Program-made: the position numbers and the translations under genes
NCBI GenBank assembly: GCA_030264375.1
Contig: JASCQW010000109.1
Span: 32,586,819 to 32,650,818, forward strand
Length of the DNA stretch: 64,000 bases
Reading direction: 5' to 3'
Origin: Carcharhinus longimanus
Taxonomy: Eukaryota
In this document: piece after piece, positions 1-11,559 of the stretch
How positions within the stretch are numbered: position 1 is the first letter of the stretch
Layout: each line of letters begins with the position of its first letter
The notes under the pieces: model-generated
Seen by the model: only the letters and a program-made list of their open reading frames with translations
What the model was told of the DNA's origin: nothing
Databases searched by the model: none

Positions 1-41
1 ACCAATAATCAAAAACAACTTTCTGTTTATTGGTGGGTGCT

Positions 42-340
42 GTGATGTGGAGATGTCAGTGTTGGACTGGAATGGGCACAGTAAGAAATCTTACACACCA
101 AGTTAAAGCCTAACAGGTTTATTTTGAATCATGAGCTTATAGACAAAGGCAATTGCAAGATAATGGTTGGAATGCGAGTCCTTTCAGATAGTCAAGTCAT
201 TACAGGTACAGACAGTGCAGGTGGAAAGAGGGATGTGAAACCTGCCTCTCCACTCACCTGATGAAAGAGCAGCACTCTGAAAGCTCATGATTCCGAATAA
301 ACCTGTTTGACTTTAACCTGGTGCTGTGAGACTTCTTACT
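42..340. mobile_element. Non-autonomous Penelope-like element with inverted termini and a hammerhead motif
   Basis: About 80-137 is the reverse complement of about 282-340. CTGATGA-stem-GAAAGCTC at 258-286. Shares its terminal sequence with the GIY-YIG-encoding copy at 56021. Imperfect flanking repeat TATTG(G/A)TGG. Confidence 0.75.
254..290 (+). ncRNA. Minimal type I hammerhead ribozyme motif (Penelope-associated)
   Basis: TCAC-CTGATGA-A-AGAG(cagca)CTCT-GAAA-GC-TC-ATGA: intact catalytic core, 4-bp stem II, palindromic AGCT stem III, and stem I with one mismatch. Confidence 0.65.
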
Positions 341-1905
341 ATTGATGGTGAGAGGAGAAATTATGACTGTTTAAATTAAATCTCTCCTATCTTTAACGAT
401 GACAATGTTCTTTTTTTTCCTTTGATAAAATGGAGCTGACTATCCTAAGTTGAGTTTTTTCACTAATCCACAACATAGAGCAGTTACTGCCAAATATGTT
501 CCCATACTCTTCGTGCCAATGCAGCAAAAGGATTTATCTAGTAGTTGACTTTAATTCCCCATGTGCCACATATGTAAAAATGAATTTGATAAATCAACTT
601 CCATAATTTCACAACTACCATGTAACTCTGCGATTGGATACACACCACTTTGGTTTAAAACCCGTAGACTATATTCGGGTGTGCAAAACTTAACGAATGG
701 TTCATCTTGAGTTTTCAGTAAATGAGCCAGTGTAGCCAAGGCAGTAAATGGTCTTTTCAAGTTGGCTAATTGGTCTTTGTGTGTGAGTGAAATGCATGAT
801 GTGTATTGGGTCGGTCTGAGCGAACTAAAGGAAGAAGATTCTCACAAAGTTTCATTTGGGCAACCTTCCAGTTGCGGAGAGTTTTGATGGCTTTGCATAT
901 GTGTTGTATGTTACTACTGGTTTTACGGTCACACATATATGTATATGAATGCTACATTTGATCACAGAAAATTAAAGATGGTTATAATAACAATAATAGG
1001 AACAATACTCCCCAGCAAATAATAAGTGACTGATTACATTAATAGATACATTGCTGCATCCCCCATGTGGAAAATGGCAGAGGAAAGCAGTGATCATAAT
1101 GCTTTGTTGCCAGCTCAGTAAGGATTTGAGTTACAGCATCTGGCTGCTCGTTTCTGCCCAGGAGAAGATGAAAGCAGTTGAGGTGACTAGGCAGCCTGCC
1201 TTGGTGCAAAGGCCAACTGGGGCCCGGGTGATCACTGATTTATCCAGGGCCTCGGAAGCTTGAGAAACTGTTTTATGGGCTGGGGGGGTGGTGGTGTCTA
1301 TATATAAAACAAAAAAGAGATTTCCCTCTTCACCACTTTGGTGTCCTAGATTGTGTCCTTGCCTACTTGTCCAAGATGATTGTTCTCCCAATGAGTTTGT
1401 GCAATGAGCAAGCTACTAGTCGGAGTGTGGTGTGGTTCCTTTGTCTTTGTTTAAATTCTCATGGACCTGGCTTAAATTCAATCATTACTGCATTGCTTTA
1501 TATCTAACATCATTTCTTTTAAAATATGGCTTATCCAATCATTGCAGTCAGGAACAGCATCAAAGCTCAGTCCAGATAGAAAAGGACAGTGGAGGTTGCT
1601 AATCAGTCCCGACTGTTCATTCTCAAAATCCAGCCAAACTGTTAGAAACTTCAGCGCCAGGTTCTCAAAATTTATTTTGTCCCAGTTTTAAAAGAAAGAT
1701 CGACATGATATTCTTTGCTAATAACCTTCCCATCAATGGAGAAGATAATAATCATCTTCAAGCAACAAGTCACTGAAGGTGCTAAAAATCAGAAACCCAG
1801 AAACACCCTGAAAACATGGAAATCTCAGGGCTCAGGTGATATCCAGAGATCACAGGATCCCGGGCTTGTCCTTCTTCACATCAAGTGGACGACAATGAGA
1901 GTTCA

Positions 1906-2065
1906 TTTATTATTTATTAATGTCACAAGTAGGCTTACTTAACACTGCAATGAAGTTACTGTGAAAATCCCGGAGTTGCCACACTTCAGTGCCTGTTCGG
2001 GTACACTGAGGGAAAATTTAGCATGGCCAATGCACCTAACCAGCACGTCTTTCAGACTGTGGGAG
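1906..2065 (-). mobile_element. HE1/V-SINE-like SINE, alternative-tail subfamily, cut by N gap
   Basis: Tail TGTCACAAGTAGGCTTA..ACACTGCAATGAAGTTACTGTGAAAATCC joined to the central domain TTTAGCATGGCCAAT..GACTGTGGGAG. Confidence 0.8.
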
Positions 2066-2165
2066 NNNNNNNNNNNNNNNNNNNNNNNNNNNNNNNNNNN
2101 NNNNNNNNNNNNNNNNNNNNNNNNNNNNNNNNNNNNNNNNNNNNNNNNNNNNNNNNNNNNNNNNN

Positions 2166-2482
2166 ATAGAATCATAGAATCCCTACAGTGCAGAAAGAGG
2201 CCATTTGGCCCATCGAGTCAGCATCAATCACAATCCCACCCAGACCCTATTCCCATAACCCACATATTTACCCTGCTAATCCCCTGACGCTAGGGTCAAT
2301 TTAGCGTGGCCAATCAACCTAACCCGCACATCTTTGGACTGTGGGAGGAAACCGGAGCAGTGGAGGAAACCCATGCAGACACAGAGAGAACATGCAGACT
2401 CCACACAGACAGTGACCTGAGGCTGGAATTGAACCCAGGACCATGGTGTTGTGAGGCAGCAGTGCTAACCACCTATGTCACC
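2166..2482 (-). mobile_element. HE1/V-SINE tRNA-derived SINE, full length
   Basis: A box (TGGTTAGCA) and B box (GGTTCAATTCC) on the minus strand, conserved central domain, (ATTCTATG)n tail. Confidence 0.9.
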
Positions 2483-2564
2483 GGCCCAATGGTGAAACTT
2501 GCAACTGATTGGGACTGAAATAGCATTCCACCCAGAAGAACAGATAAGAAAGTAAAAGGTGTAC

Positions 2565-3204
2565 CTGGGATGATTCTTCTGTTCAGTTTCATCCAGCTGC
2601 TTAGGTATTCGGTGTTGCAATTGCATGTCCACGGGTTCCCAGACAGGCGCACAGAGCGCAAGTGTGGCAGTGCCTCCAGCATACCAGCATCAATAAAAGT
2701 CAAACCATTGCCGCTGATGTCGATTTCTTGCAGCTTCTGGTTTGCTGAGAAGGCGCGATTGTCAATGAAGCTCAGCTCCTTGTTCCTGCTGGCTTTCAGC
2801 ACGATGATATTGGTCAGGTACCTGAAGGTCCGGTGAGTGATCCTCCGCAGCTGATTGTGACTCAGGTCCAGGTACACCAGGAGCTGCAGGTTGAGCAGGG
2901 AGCTGGGCGGAATCTCGCTCAGGGAGTTGTGGCTGAAGTCCAGGTGCAGCAGGCTGCCCAGGTAGTTGAGGTCGAGGACGGGAAGGCTGGAGATATTGTT
3001 ATCGGAGAGAATCAGCTGCCTGGTGCCCAGTGGGATCCTCGCTGGGATGTGTCGGAGCTGCCTACCTGTGCAGTTGGTGAGGTATTGGCTGCAGCTACAT
3101 TCAGGGGCACAGCCAGCGACTGCCAACATTCTGGCCATCAAAACCACACTCAGCACTCTCAAACACCTAGTGCAAAAGAGGGACAGGATGAACGAGCCAT
3201 CCAT
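2565..3204 (-). CDS. First coding exon of an LRRC52-like LRR membrane protein (LRRC26/38/52/55 BK-channel gamma-subunit family)
   Basis: Hydrophobic N-terminus, LRRNT (CAPECSC...C), about 6 LxxLxLxxN repeats and the start of LRRCT (LSGNPWTCNC). Motifs such as CTGRQL..IP..IPLGTRQLILSDNNISSLP and LVYLDLSHN resemble mammalian LRRC52 as I recall it. Phase-1 donor CCAG|GTACAC at 2565/2564 falls after the first half of LRRCT. The TM-encoding exon was not found in 1-2564. The true start may be a later Met. Confidence 0.85.
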
Positions 3205-4189
3205 TGTATTCCAGGTAGAGGAACTCCCTTTTTATCCAAATCTTTTCAGCCAAGACGTTTGCTGCCAGCCAAAATGTTCATCTTCGAAGTTGATTCTGGC
3301 TGTGTCTCTTGAGGAGTTGGTGGATTTAAACTCCATGTTAAGTTTACCTGTTTGAATAAGGAGTATTGCCCTGAAAGTTCGAATAGTTTCTATGTTGCTT
3401 CCCTGCATTTATACCTGGCACAGCAAGAATTTGCCTCCCGCCGCTTGCACGCCAGTGCAGAACCCACCTTAACCTGTGCATGCATGACAAATTATCATTT
3501 GTCCTCTGTGGCAGGAGCCACTCAGATGAGACTTTTTGATTTCCTTGCTATTTTTAGCGTGGCGATTATTTATTAAAGTGCACGCTTTAAATTCCTGTCG
3601 GCGCTATGCTGATGTATTATCAGCAGACAGGTAAATATAAAACTCGTGGTTGGGGGTGGGGGGTGAACTATAAGCGATCACTGACCGTCCTGTGTCGCTG
3701 CACCTCTGGCCTCTGCATTTAATGGGACCACCAAGTGTCCTTCGGGTTTTTGTTAAATCCCCTTATCTAATCAGTCACGTTAGCTATGCATATTCCCTGT
3801 ATGGTTTATCCTTTCAAGTGCTGTAGATGATATTTCACACCAGTGAAAACCAAGCCAAAGATTAAGGACTTATGAAATATTAAGAAGCCGGTTATACAGT
3901 TTAATGGATCCCATGATATTGAAGTACCCCGAGCCATCCTCACTGAGGAAAGTGACTGCCAGATTTTCAGAAGTTGCAGCCTGTGAGAGGCTCCAGCACA
4001 GATATCCAGCTGGAGTCGCTACTTAACAGCGTTTATGTTTGTGCTCCTCTTCCCAAGAAATGTAGCTTTTTAAATCGCTGTTTAAATTAGGAAGGTATAT
4101 TGTTTCCTCAGTTAAAAATTAACTGTCACCAAAAAGTGTGGAAGGTCTGAGAAACAGTGGTGGCACAGTGGCATGGGGGTGGGACAGTG

Positions 4190-4351
4190 GGGCAGCATTG
4201 TGGCACAATGGTTCGCACTGCTGCCCCACAGCGCCAGGTCCCAGGGATTACTGGGGTAAATATGTGGGGTTACGGGCCTGGGTGTGATTATTTTAGTGCA
4301 GACTCGATGGGCCGAATGACCTCCTTCTGCACTGTAGGGATTCCATGATTC
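4190..4351 (+). mobile_element. HE1/V-SINE with internal deletion
   Basis: tRNA head up to CAGCGCCAGG is fused directly to the 3' tail (..GATGGGCCGAATGACCTCCTTCTGCACTGTAGGGATTCCATG). Confidence 0.8.
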
Positions 4352-4877
4352 TTCTCCTGTAATGTGGTGAGCAGCTGCGTACGCAGTACATGAGCTGTAG
4401 TGTGACCGGTATTGTTTTTTTAACCTCAACTCATATTTGGTGCCTCGGCTATTCAAACATTGCGTGCGTCATTTTAGCCACTTTATTGGCTTGCCCTACT
4501 GCATTTATTGATCTGTGCACATACACAGCACCCTCTGTTCTGACACACAATTCCATATCCTCCCACTTATTGTGTATTCCTTTGCCTTATGCCCTCCGCC
4601 CACCAATCCCTCAGATTGAAATCCTTTTTCCACTTTTTTGTGCAACTGATGAGACCATTTATATCATCCTGCAATCTAAGGCTTTTTTTCTCACTGTCAA
4701 CCAAAAGGAACAACTTCTGTGTCATCTGCAAACTCCTTTACTAGACTCCCTATCTTCGAGTCTATGTCATTAACAAAGGGACTAAGGTCTCAGTTGCAGA
4801 ACTGACTGAAGGTGTTGCACCTGAGGAACTATTTAACACAAAAATGACATTGAAATGTGACAAACAAAAACTGAATT

Positions 4878-5195
4878 TCATAGAAGAATCCCTACAGTGC
4901 AGAAGGAAGCCATCTGCCCCAGTAAGTCTGCATTGACAACAATCCCACCCAGGCCCTATCCCTGTAACCCCACGTATTTACCCTGCTAACCCCCCGACAC
5001 TAAGGGGCAATTTAGCATGGTCAATCAATCTAACCCACGCATCTTTGGACTGTGGGAGAAAACCAGAGCACCCAGAGGAAACCCACGCAGACACGAGGAG
5101 AACATGGAGACTCCGCACAGACAGTCACTCAAGCCAGGAATTGAACCCAAGTCCCTAGCACTTTGAGGCAGCAGGCCTAACTACTGTGTCACCCA
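4878..5195 (-). mobile_element. HE1/V-SINE, full length
   Basis: Colinear with the copy at 2166-2482. Confidence 0.9.
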
Positions 5196-6209
5196 AAAGG
5201 AAGGAAAACAGAAGCACCACACAGTAGAATGACCGAATGGCCTGTGAAGTGTTCAGATAGAGAGCAGGAGGTCGTCAAAATGGCAGGACTGATAAGGGAG
5301 AAGAGAAATGATAATCCGAGAAATAAAAGGCATTTGTATTTATCTAACCGTGGGATAGAGAAGTGGAATAGTGTAAAGGGCGACAATTGTGAAATGAAAA
5401 ACATGAATATCACAAACTGAAGCCGATTCCAGTGGAGTAGGAGCCTTGTAGAAAACAACCTTCAGGTCGAAACGGCGAATTACGGCTAAGTGCCTGCCAC
5501 AGACACACACACAGTCACTGCCAAAATGCACACTTGACGCTCCTGACATGACGGCTAACTGCCACTGCACGTTACAAACGCCCACTTAAATATTCAGGGT
5601 GGAAGTTTGCGTTAGAAATTGCTGGCGAGCACACAACAACAGAATCCAACAACAGAAACAAAATGCTTCAGATGCTAACGAGAGAATGCTGCTCGCGTCT
5701 GTCACCAACATAGAGAAATCAGCAAGGCAGAGGATTGCATTGATATCCTGAAACTCTGGTCCAAGTAATGTTCAGACAATATCGATGGGAATAGTGATTA
5801 CATCTAGACTGTAAAAAAAAATCGATCGCTTCAAACTAAAGTATCATCCTGCACGCACGGTGCCGTTATATAATGCAAGAAATATGCATGACTATTCAAC
5901 AACATTTAACTGGTTCGACCAACGCGCCTTTCCTAATTGAAAATATGTGCATTGGCGACATTTGGAAAGCCTAAAATTAATATTAACCGAATGGGGGGAG
6001 GCACGCCAGTGATAATGGAGTGACTCGTATCAGTGTAGCAGCAAGGTCAGCCTGTGAGGAGGTCAATCCTCTTGCTTACACTGATGGGGGAAGTTGCGCG
6101 TAGGAGGGTGACAAACATTTCTGATAGACACTGTGTCAGCGAGGAATCCAGATCGATAAATTAGGGGGTGTGTGTGTGTGGGGGGGGGGGGGGGTGGGGG
6201 TGGAGAGGG

Positions 6210-6305
6210 TGCGGCTATCATCAGTATTCAGGACCACTCGCTCAAAAGGGGGTTCAGCTCGTCAGTCTGTACGACTCGCTCCGAAGCATTGTGTACACCG
6301 CTCAA
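6210..6305 (+). other. Candidate upstream non-coding exon of the complexin gene
   Basis: CpG-rich segment after a G-rich tract, ending at a good donor CAA|GTAAGA. The acceptor at 8470 requires some upstream exon. An alternative donor CAA|GTAATG lies near 5764. The start is not determined. Confidence 0.3.
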
Positions 6306-8470
6306 GTAAGATCGCTTTAAATTTCTCATTGAGAGGCAGCCAGGGGCTGGCTGGCTGACTGACTGATTGAGGTTTTTCCTCATCAGGCACGTTAGCGCCC
6401 CGCCAAAGTGTACCACAAGCTCACTGTGGTTCGTTAGCCTGCTGAAGACCTTACACCCTTCCCCAGGCAAGGCGCCAAGAACGCTGGCTTCAGTTTGATG
6501 AATGTTATTGCTACGTGCTGAGGTTGCCTGATAATCTTGAAGCTTAAGAGAGAGGTAGGGAAAGAGAAACCGGCTAGTGTAAAACATTTGTGTTTTATAT
6601 GAAGTGGAAAATGAGCGATTGGCGCTCGCTGCCGAGTGCGCCCACACCTTCACTTTCCCAGTGCTGTAAAAAATGCGTTCAGAAAGCGTTTGAGAATTAT
6701 CTCCTGTGTGAATCAGTTTTCACATCCTTGCGACGTACATCAGATAAGGTCCCTGCTCACAGACTGTTCATTACCCATGCTGCACGGAAAATAAATTGGG
6801 TTACTTTTGGGGCTGGGGAGACGGAGCCATGTCTGGTGACACCATCTGAGTACTGCAAGGAGATTATTTTTTATTGCTAATCAGCCCAGTGAAAGCATGA
6901 AATCCGACTGAATCTCACGATTGAGTTACGTTTATCTATACTGACACAGCACCACGTCCATTGCAGCTTAGTTGTATCAAACCCACTACTCAAAGTGCTG
7001 TTTGATGGAGTTTATTATGCCGATAATTCTTTCCAACTCCCCCCTCCCCGCCCCGGGAGGGGGGCTCCTGAATGCTGCTATGAATATGTTCAAGGCCCAC
7101 CGAATTCGGATAAATCTACCCAAATATGTCCATATGTGCAATTTAAGGGATAGATGAATGGCATCTGCATTTCACTAGTCTTAATATTGCTGCCAATAAA
7201 TGTTCTAACATTTGCAGTGGGGAAAATTGAGCTTCGAGTAAACAAAGTGAACTTCTTGTCTTCCGTTCCAAGCTTTATTCACCGCAGCTTTTAACTTCCC
7301 AGTTAGTGCACAGGGATGTACCGGTGCGGACTGCAACATTCGCAATGAGGCGGCGCGTTATTTGTGCCTTTTGATGACTTGTGACAGGAGGACGGTTAAT
7401 CAAAGCGAGAACTAATATGGTCCCAGGCTGGACTATTAATTGGCTTTATCATTTTCTTTGAAGTTTAGTTGCTCGCATCTTCACTTTGAATTTCAAAAAC
7501 ACTGAGGGAGGAAGTGGGACGCTTTAATGAGGGACGGGCAAGGATTGAAACTGTGGGGAACGAGTGCGGGCCAAGACCCCGACTGGAGCAAAAGGCAATC
7601 TATTGATCAGGGTCACCTTCAGAGTAAACATTACGATGCTAGCCAACCGCACTGTCCTAGCCACATAACTAGCTTACAAGTTGTGTAGACACTGACCTGC
7701 ACGTTAACTGAAATCCGTGTGTAATCATGCGCCTTGTACTTGGCAATAACTTCGACATTCATGAAAGAGAAAACAACCTCGCCCCATTCCACCTGTAGGA
7801 GCTGTTCAATATAATAAAGAATGAGCTCCCGATATCAACAGGTGAATAACAATTAAACTCAGAATATACTCGGCAGCTCAGGCTGTGTCATGGACAAGGG
7901 CAGCCAGTGGGTGACCGTTTGCCAGAACTAGATGCCGGAATACCTGCGGAATATTTGCAGCATTTTTTTTGCAGCAGCCGCAGTATGTTGCATTAAGAGG
8001 CACAGAGATCACAGTTTCACTGCAGTGTTTTTAAATAAAAGAGATAAAAAATGCATATATATTTAAGAAGCATATATAACTGCAGCTTCTAATGTAACAA
8101 GTGCACACGCTGTTCTGTACAATCGAAGGTGTGATAACTGCATCATTCCCCTCCACCACTAGAGAGAGTCATGTTTTCCACACAGCGTCGCTGCCTTTAG
8201 CCTCCGTAACTTACAGACACGCCTTTAGTTGTTGTACATCCAAAAAAAATAAGTGAAAAAGGAGTCGGCGTCCGCAGGTCCCATTTCACAGCGACTAAGG
8301 CAACGGTACACACGTCCCGTCCTATTTTGGGGTTTAAGAGCGCCCAGCCTACTCCGTGATCGGAACAGACGGGAAGCCAGGGCGGCTGAACTTAGTTCTG
8401 GCAAAGCGCGGGTGAGACAACAGGGCGATTGGAAGCACATTAATCTGTTTTGCTTGTGTCTGGTTTCCAG

Positions 8471-8565
8471 GTCTGACGACGCTCCTGAGCAAATTCAACC
8501 AGGAGAGGGAAAAAACCTGAATGAAATTTTCTGAAGTCACCAGTGAAGACGCTTAGTTCAGCACC
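8471..8565 (+). other. 5'-UTR part of the complexin ATG-containing exon (exon 8471-8596)
   Basis: Polypyrimidine tract and CAG acceptor at 8468-8470, giving a 126-nt exon that ends at the GTGAGT donor. Confidence 0.75.
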
Positions 8566-8577
8566 ATGGATTTCGTG
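8557..8577 (+). promoter_or_regulatory. RE1/NRSE-like (REST) motif overlapping the complexin start codon
   Basis: TTCAGCACCATGGATTTCGTG versus consensus TTCAGCACCACGGACAGCGCC: perfect left half plus GGA, degenerate right half. Confidence 0.4.
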
Positions 8578-8596
8578 ATGAAGCAGGCGCTGGGTG
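8566..8596 (+). CDS. cplx2: First coding exon of complexin (complexin-2 or complexin-2-like), MDFVMKQALG|G
   Basis: ACC-ATG-G Kozak context; ATG GAT TTC GTG ATG AAG CAG GCG CTG GGT G matches the complexin-2 N-terminus (complexin-1 has E at residue 2). Canonical donor G|GTGAGT at 8597 and upstream acceptor TTTGCTTGTGTCTGGTTTCCAG ending at 8470. The family call is strong; the exact paralog is uncertain. Confidence 0.9.
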
Positions 8597-10544
8597 GTGA
8601 GTGAAAAGCCAGTCCTTGTACTGTTCGAACCAGTCTCTCAATGCCCTTAACCCGAACGCGGAAGGATGATTTAGGGAGCTGATTTTCTTTTTTTAAACAC
8701 ACTTGACAGTGCTCATGTCGACCGTCTCCCCGCGCTCCCGTCTCATTCTTAACCCAACTCAGCATTTCATTGAGAAAATAAAAGGTTAAAATAGAACGGG
8801 GGCATGTCAGGGAGGGAGGTTCCCCGAGAGCTCAAGGTCAGGCTGCCTGCTCGAAACCAGTGTAAAGGTTAAACGACGCTCTGAGGTCAAGCAGCCAGGG
8901 GTGCTGAGGGATTAGTGCCGATAATAAGCCTATGCTCCCCAGAGGCACTGTGACTGGCGTACAGTCAATGATGTTCACAAACTCGGCATGTCCTCTTAAA
9001 GGAACAGTGCACTTTATCTGTGGCCAGCTTATGTCTTGNNNNNNNNNNNNNNNNNNNNNNNNNNNNNNNNNNNNNNNNNNNNNNNNNNNNNNNNNNNNNN
9101 NNNNNNNNNNNNNNNNNNNNNNNNNNNNNNNTCCCCTCTCATCCCCCCTCCCCTCTCCCCTTCCCCCCTCCCTCTCCCGTGCAACCAAAGTCCCTGCCAA
9201 AATGTCCCTGAAGTTTAAATTTCGCCTCGCAGGTACTTGCAAAACCAGCAGATCAAAGCCAAGCCCACATGGGGGACTGCTCTGTCACTCCAGCTGATTA
9301 TTTCACGGACTGGCAAAATAAAATGCTAGTCTGTGGGTATCTGTTGCAAAAATAGGGGCATCTGCGATATTTGAAATAAACGCCCCCCAGTCGCTGAAAA
9401 AAAACATTTTATTTTCAACGACTTTTATTTGCAGAATGTGCGCGTATCTGAAGGTAATTTTGCCGGACTGAGTGGAATCCAAGACACTTGTTTGAGAATA
9501 AGACACTGGGTCGAGTCACTTGCCTTTTGAGGAGGTGCAGATATGCATAAATGTGCAATACCATCAGCAAATATCGAGGGATTGCCGATGTCTTGTTGTT
9601 GATGAAATGTTACTGAAGGTGGGAAATGCTCGGACACATGCCACATTTGAAAGAAGAATCATTGGCTCAACAGGCAGCTTGCTGTTGACTGGAGACTGGG
9701 GGTGGGGGGGGGGGGGAGCGCGCAGTTCAGTATCAAGCCAAGGTCAGCGAATCACACTGCCTATTCAGCACAGTGCGCATATGTTGAGTTGGTTCTAATT
9801 GTTTTGAATGTTTATTTTCGGCTGCAGTTACAACGTGTCAATTTGCTGTTATTCTTTGCTGATTCTCTCCCACACAGGAAGCAAACCAAAGTCAGTTCAT
9901 TAACAGGTGCTTTGTACGAGGTCTCATCCGCCATGGTTTGAAGCCTGCGCTAAAGCACGGTGATTTACATTTACTGCAGGACACACGTATGTTTTCTCAG
10001 CACGAAGTACAAATTCCCCCTCCCCAAAAAAAAGAAAACAAAGTAGAAATACACTTAATTTGAGAGATCATATCGTCAACTGCCCGACTGATGTGGTGGG
10101 AGCAACCTTTTCTAAAAAACAATAGTAATATAAATATCCACTTTGTTATTGGACATCATATTTACACTTGCATCGATATATTATCCCAGCCAAACAGTAC
10201 AAATCAAAACTAATTATTTAATTCAATCGCAGTATGTTGACTGATGTCTGTCTTTGATGTAGTATGTTCTATCCGGATGCATTTTAACTTTCCTAATTTT
10301 GACATCAACTGATCTGTCGTTGACAACTGTAGCCATTAGATACTGCATTTGTAGACGTACAAATATTAGACATGATTACATAATATTTACGTACTTATTC
10401 CAATAAATGTTTCAAAAGTCAACTTGAAAACAAGATGAAGAAATTATATTCTTAAACTGTGGGGTTTCGAGAGGGACAGTGAGATTTGTTTTCAGCTATC
10501 TGTTACTTCTGATTGTTCCATTCATGCCACAGGTATACAAGACT

Positions 10545-10620
10545 AGGGGATTTTCACAGCAACTTCATTGCAGTGTTAATGTAAGCCCACTTGTGACACC
10601 AATGAATAAAATAAAAATAA
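10545..10620 (+). mobile_element. 3' tail fragment of the alternative-tail SINE (or of its partner LINE)
   Basis: GGGATTTTCACAGCAACTTCATTGCAGTGTTAATGTAAGCCCACTTGTGACAC plus an A-rich end; reverse complement of 1906-1970. Confidence 0.7.
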
Positions 10621-10671
10621 AGAAGACAGTCAAATCCCACATAAGACAGAACCTAAATACAAGGATTAATA

Positions 10672-10835
10672 TGATTATAGATTCCCAACTGTGCAGAAGA
10701 AGACCATTCAGCCCATCGCGATTGCACCAACAACAACCCCATACAGATCCTATCCCTGCAATTCCACATACTTCCCCTCCTAGTCCTCCTGACAATAAGG
10801 TGCAATTTAGCATGACCAATCCACCTAACCTGCAT
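10672..10835 (-). mobile_element. 5'-truncated HE1/V-SINE
   Basis: Tail and part of the central domain (TTTAGCATGACCAATCCACCTAACCTGCA). Confidence 0.75.
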
Positions 10836-10864
10836 ATATCATATGCAACAGCATTTCAATGTGG

Positions 10865-11190
10865 AGAAGCTTAAGAGATGATAGTACTACTATTTTTAGC
10901 ATTTGAAGAGGCTAGATAATATGGACCATTGCAAGCTATTTCACCTTGTCCAGAACAGCAAAATCAATAGGAATGGTATAGGCTTAAAGGGCAATAAGTT
11001 CAAAGTGAATGCGCTAAAAGCAATATTTCAGTAAGAGAATGGTCAAGCAATGGAAAAGGATGCCTAGGCTTATGGCAACTCAGTTATTATTGATTAATTC
11101 AAATACAAATGAAATAAAAAATAACATTTTAGAATACTGTAAATGAGAAATTGAGGTATGAGCAATTGGCCTGGTGAGTATAACAGGCTT
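10865..11190 (+). mobile_element. Highly decayed CR1 LINE 3' fragment
   Basis: Resembles the CR1 ORF2 C-terminus (..FS.RxV..W..P) seen in other copies in this window. Confidence 0.35.
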
Positions 11191-11559
11191 AAAAGGATGA
11201 AGAATGATCCTGAAGCTCTCCACCTTGTGTCAGACCTGGATATTTATGCAGGTATTCAATGTCTCTGCTCTGACACCTTACAGATTTGGAAAACAAAAAT
11301 AAATGTGTTCTTTTACAAACATTCCACTCCTCAATAATTAGATTATAGTTGGGAAGGTCTGCAATTATATCTTTGGACACCATAAAGTTTTCCATAGCGA
11401 GAGTTCAAATTTATGGAGAATGATGAATGGTATAGGAGATATCAGAAACTTCTCCATTTAATTTCCGTGATACGATAGAAATCAGAAAAGGAATGAACCC
11501 TCAATGAGAAGACATGCCGAACAGAAGAATTAATCTCCAGAATTCACAATTATCAAGTC

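Larger units (their letters stand above)
5430..9960. promoter_or_regulatory. CpG-enriched, nearly repeat-free promoter/5' region between the divergent LRRC52-like and complexin genes
   Basis: Visibly higher CG dinucleotide density than the rest of the window, no recognisable SINE/LINE insertions, and it spans the complexin 5' exon. Judged by eye, not computed. Confidence 0.65.

Noticed and set aside
551-850. Minus-strand ORF as second exon of the LRR gene or a viral fragment
   Set aside because: It has no LRRCT second half or TM helix. The nearest acceptor gives an early stop in the required phase, and I recognise no protein family.
2473-3204. Variable lymphocyte receptor or Toll-like receptor
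   Set aside because: The repeats indicate a jawed cartilaginous fish. There is no VLR stalk, cassette array or TIR domain, and the motifs and exon break fit the LRRC52 family better.
2833-3355. Plus-strand ORFs of 129-159 aa overlapping the LRR exon
   Set aside because: They are antisense shadows of a GC-rich coding exon with no recognisable domains.
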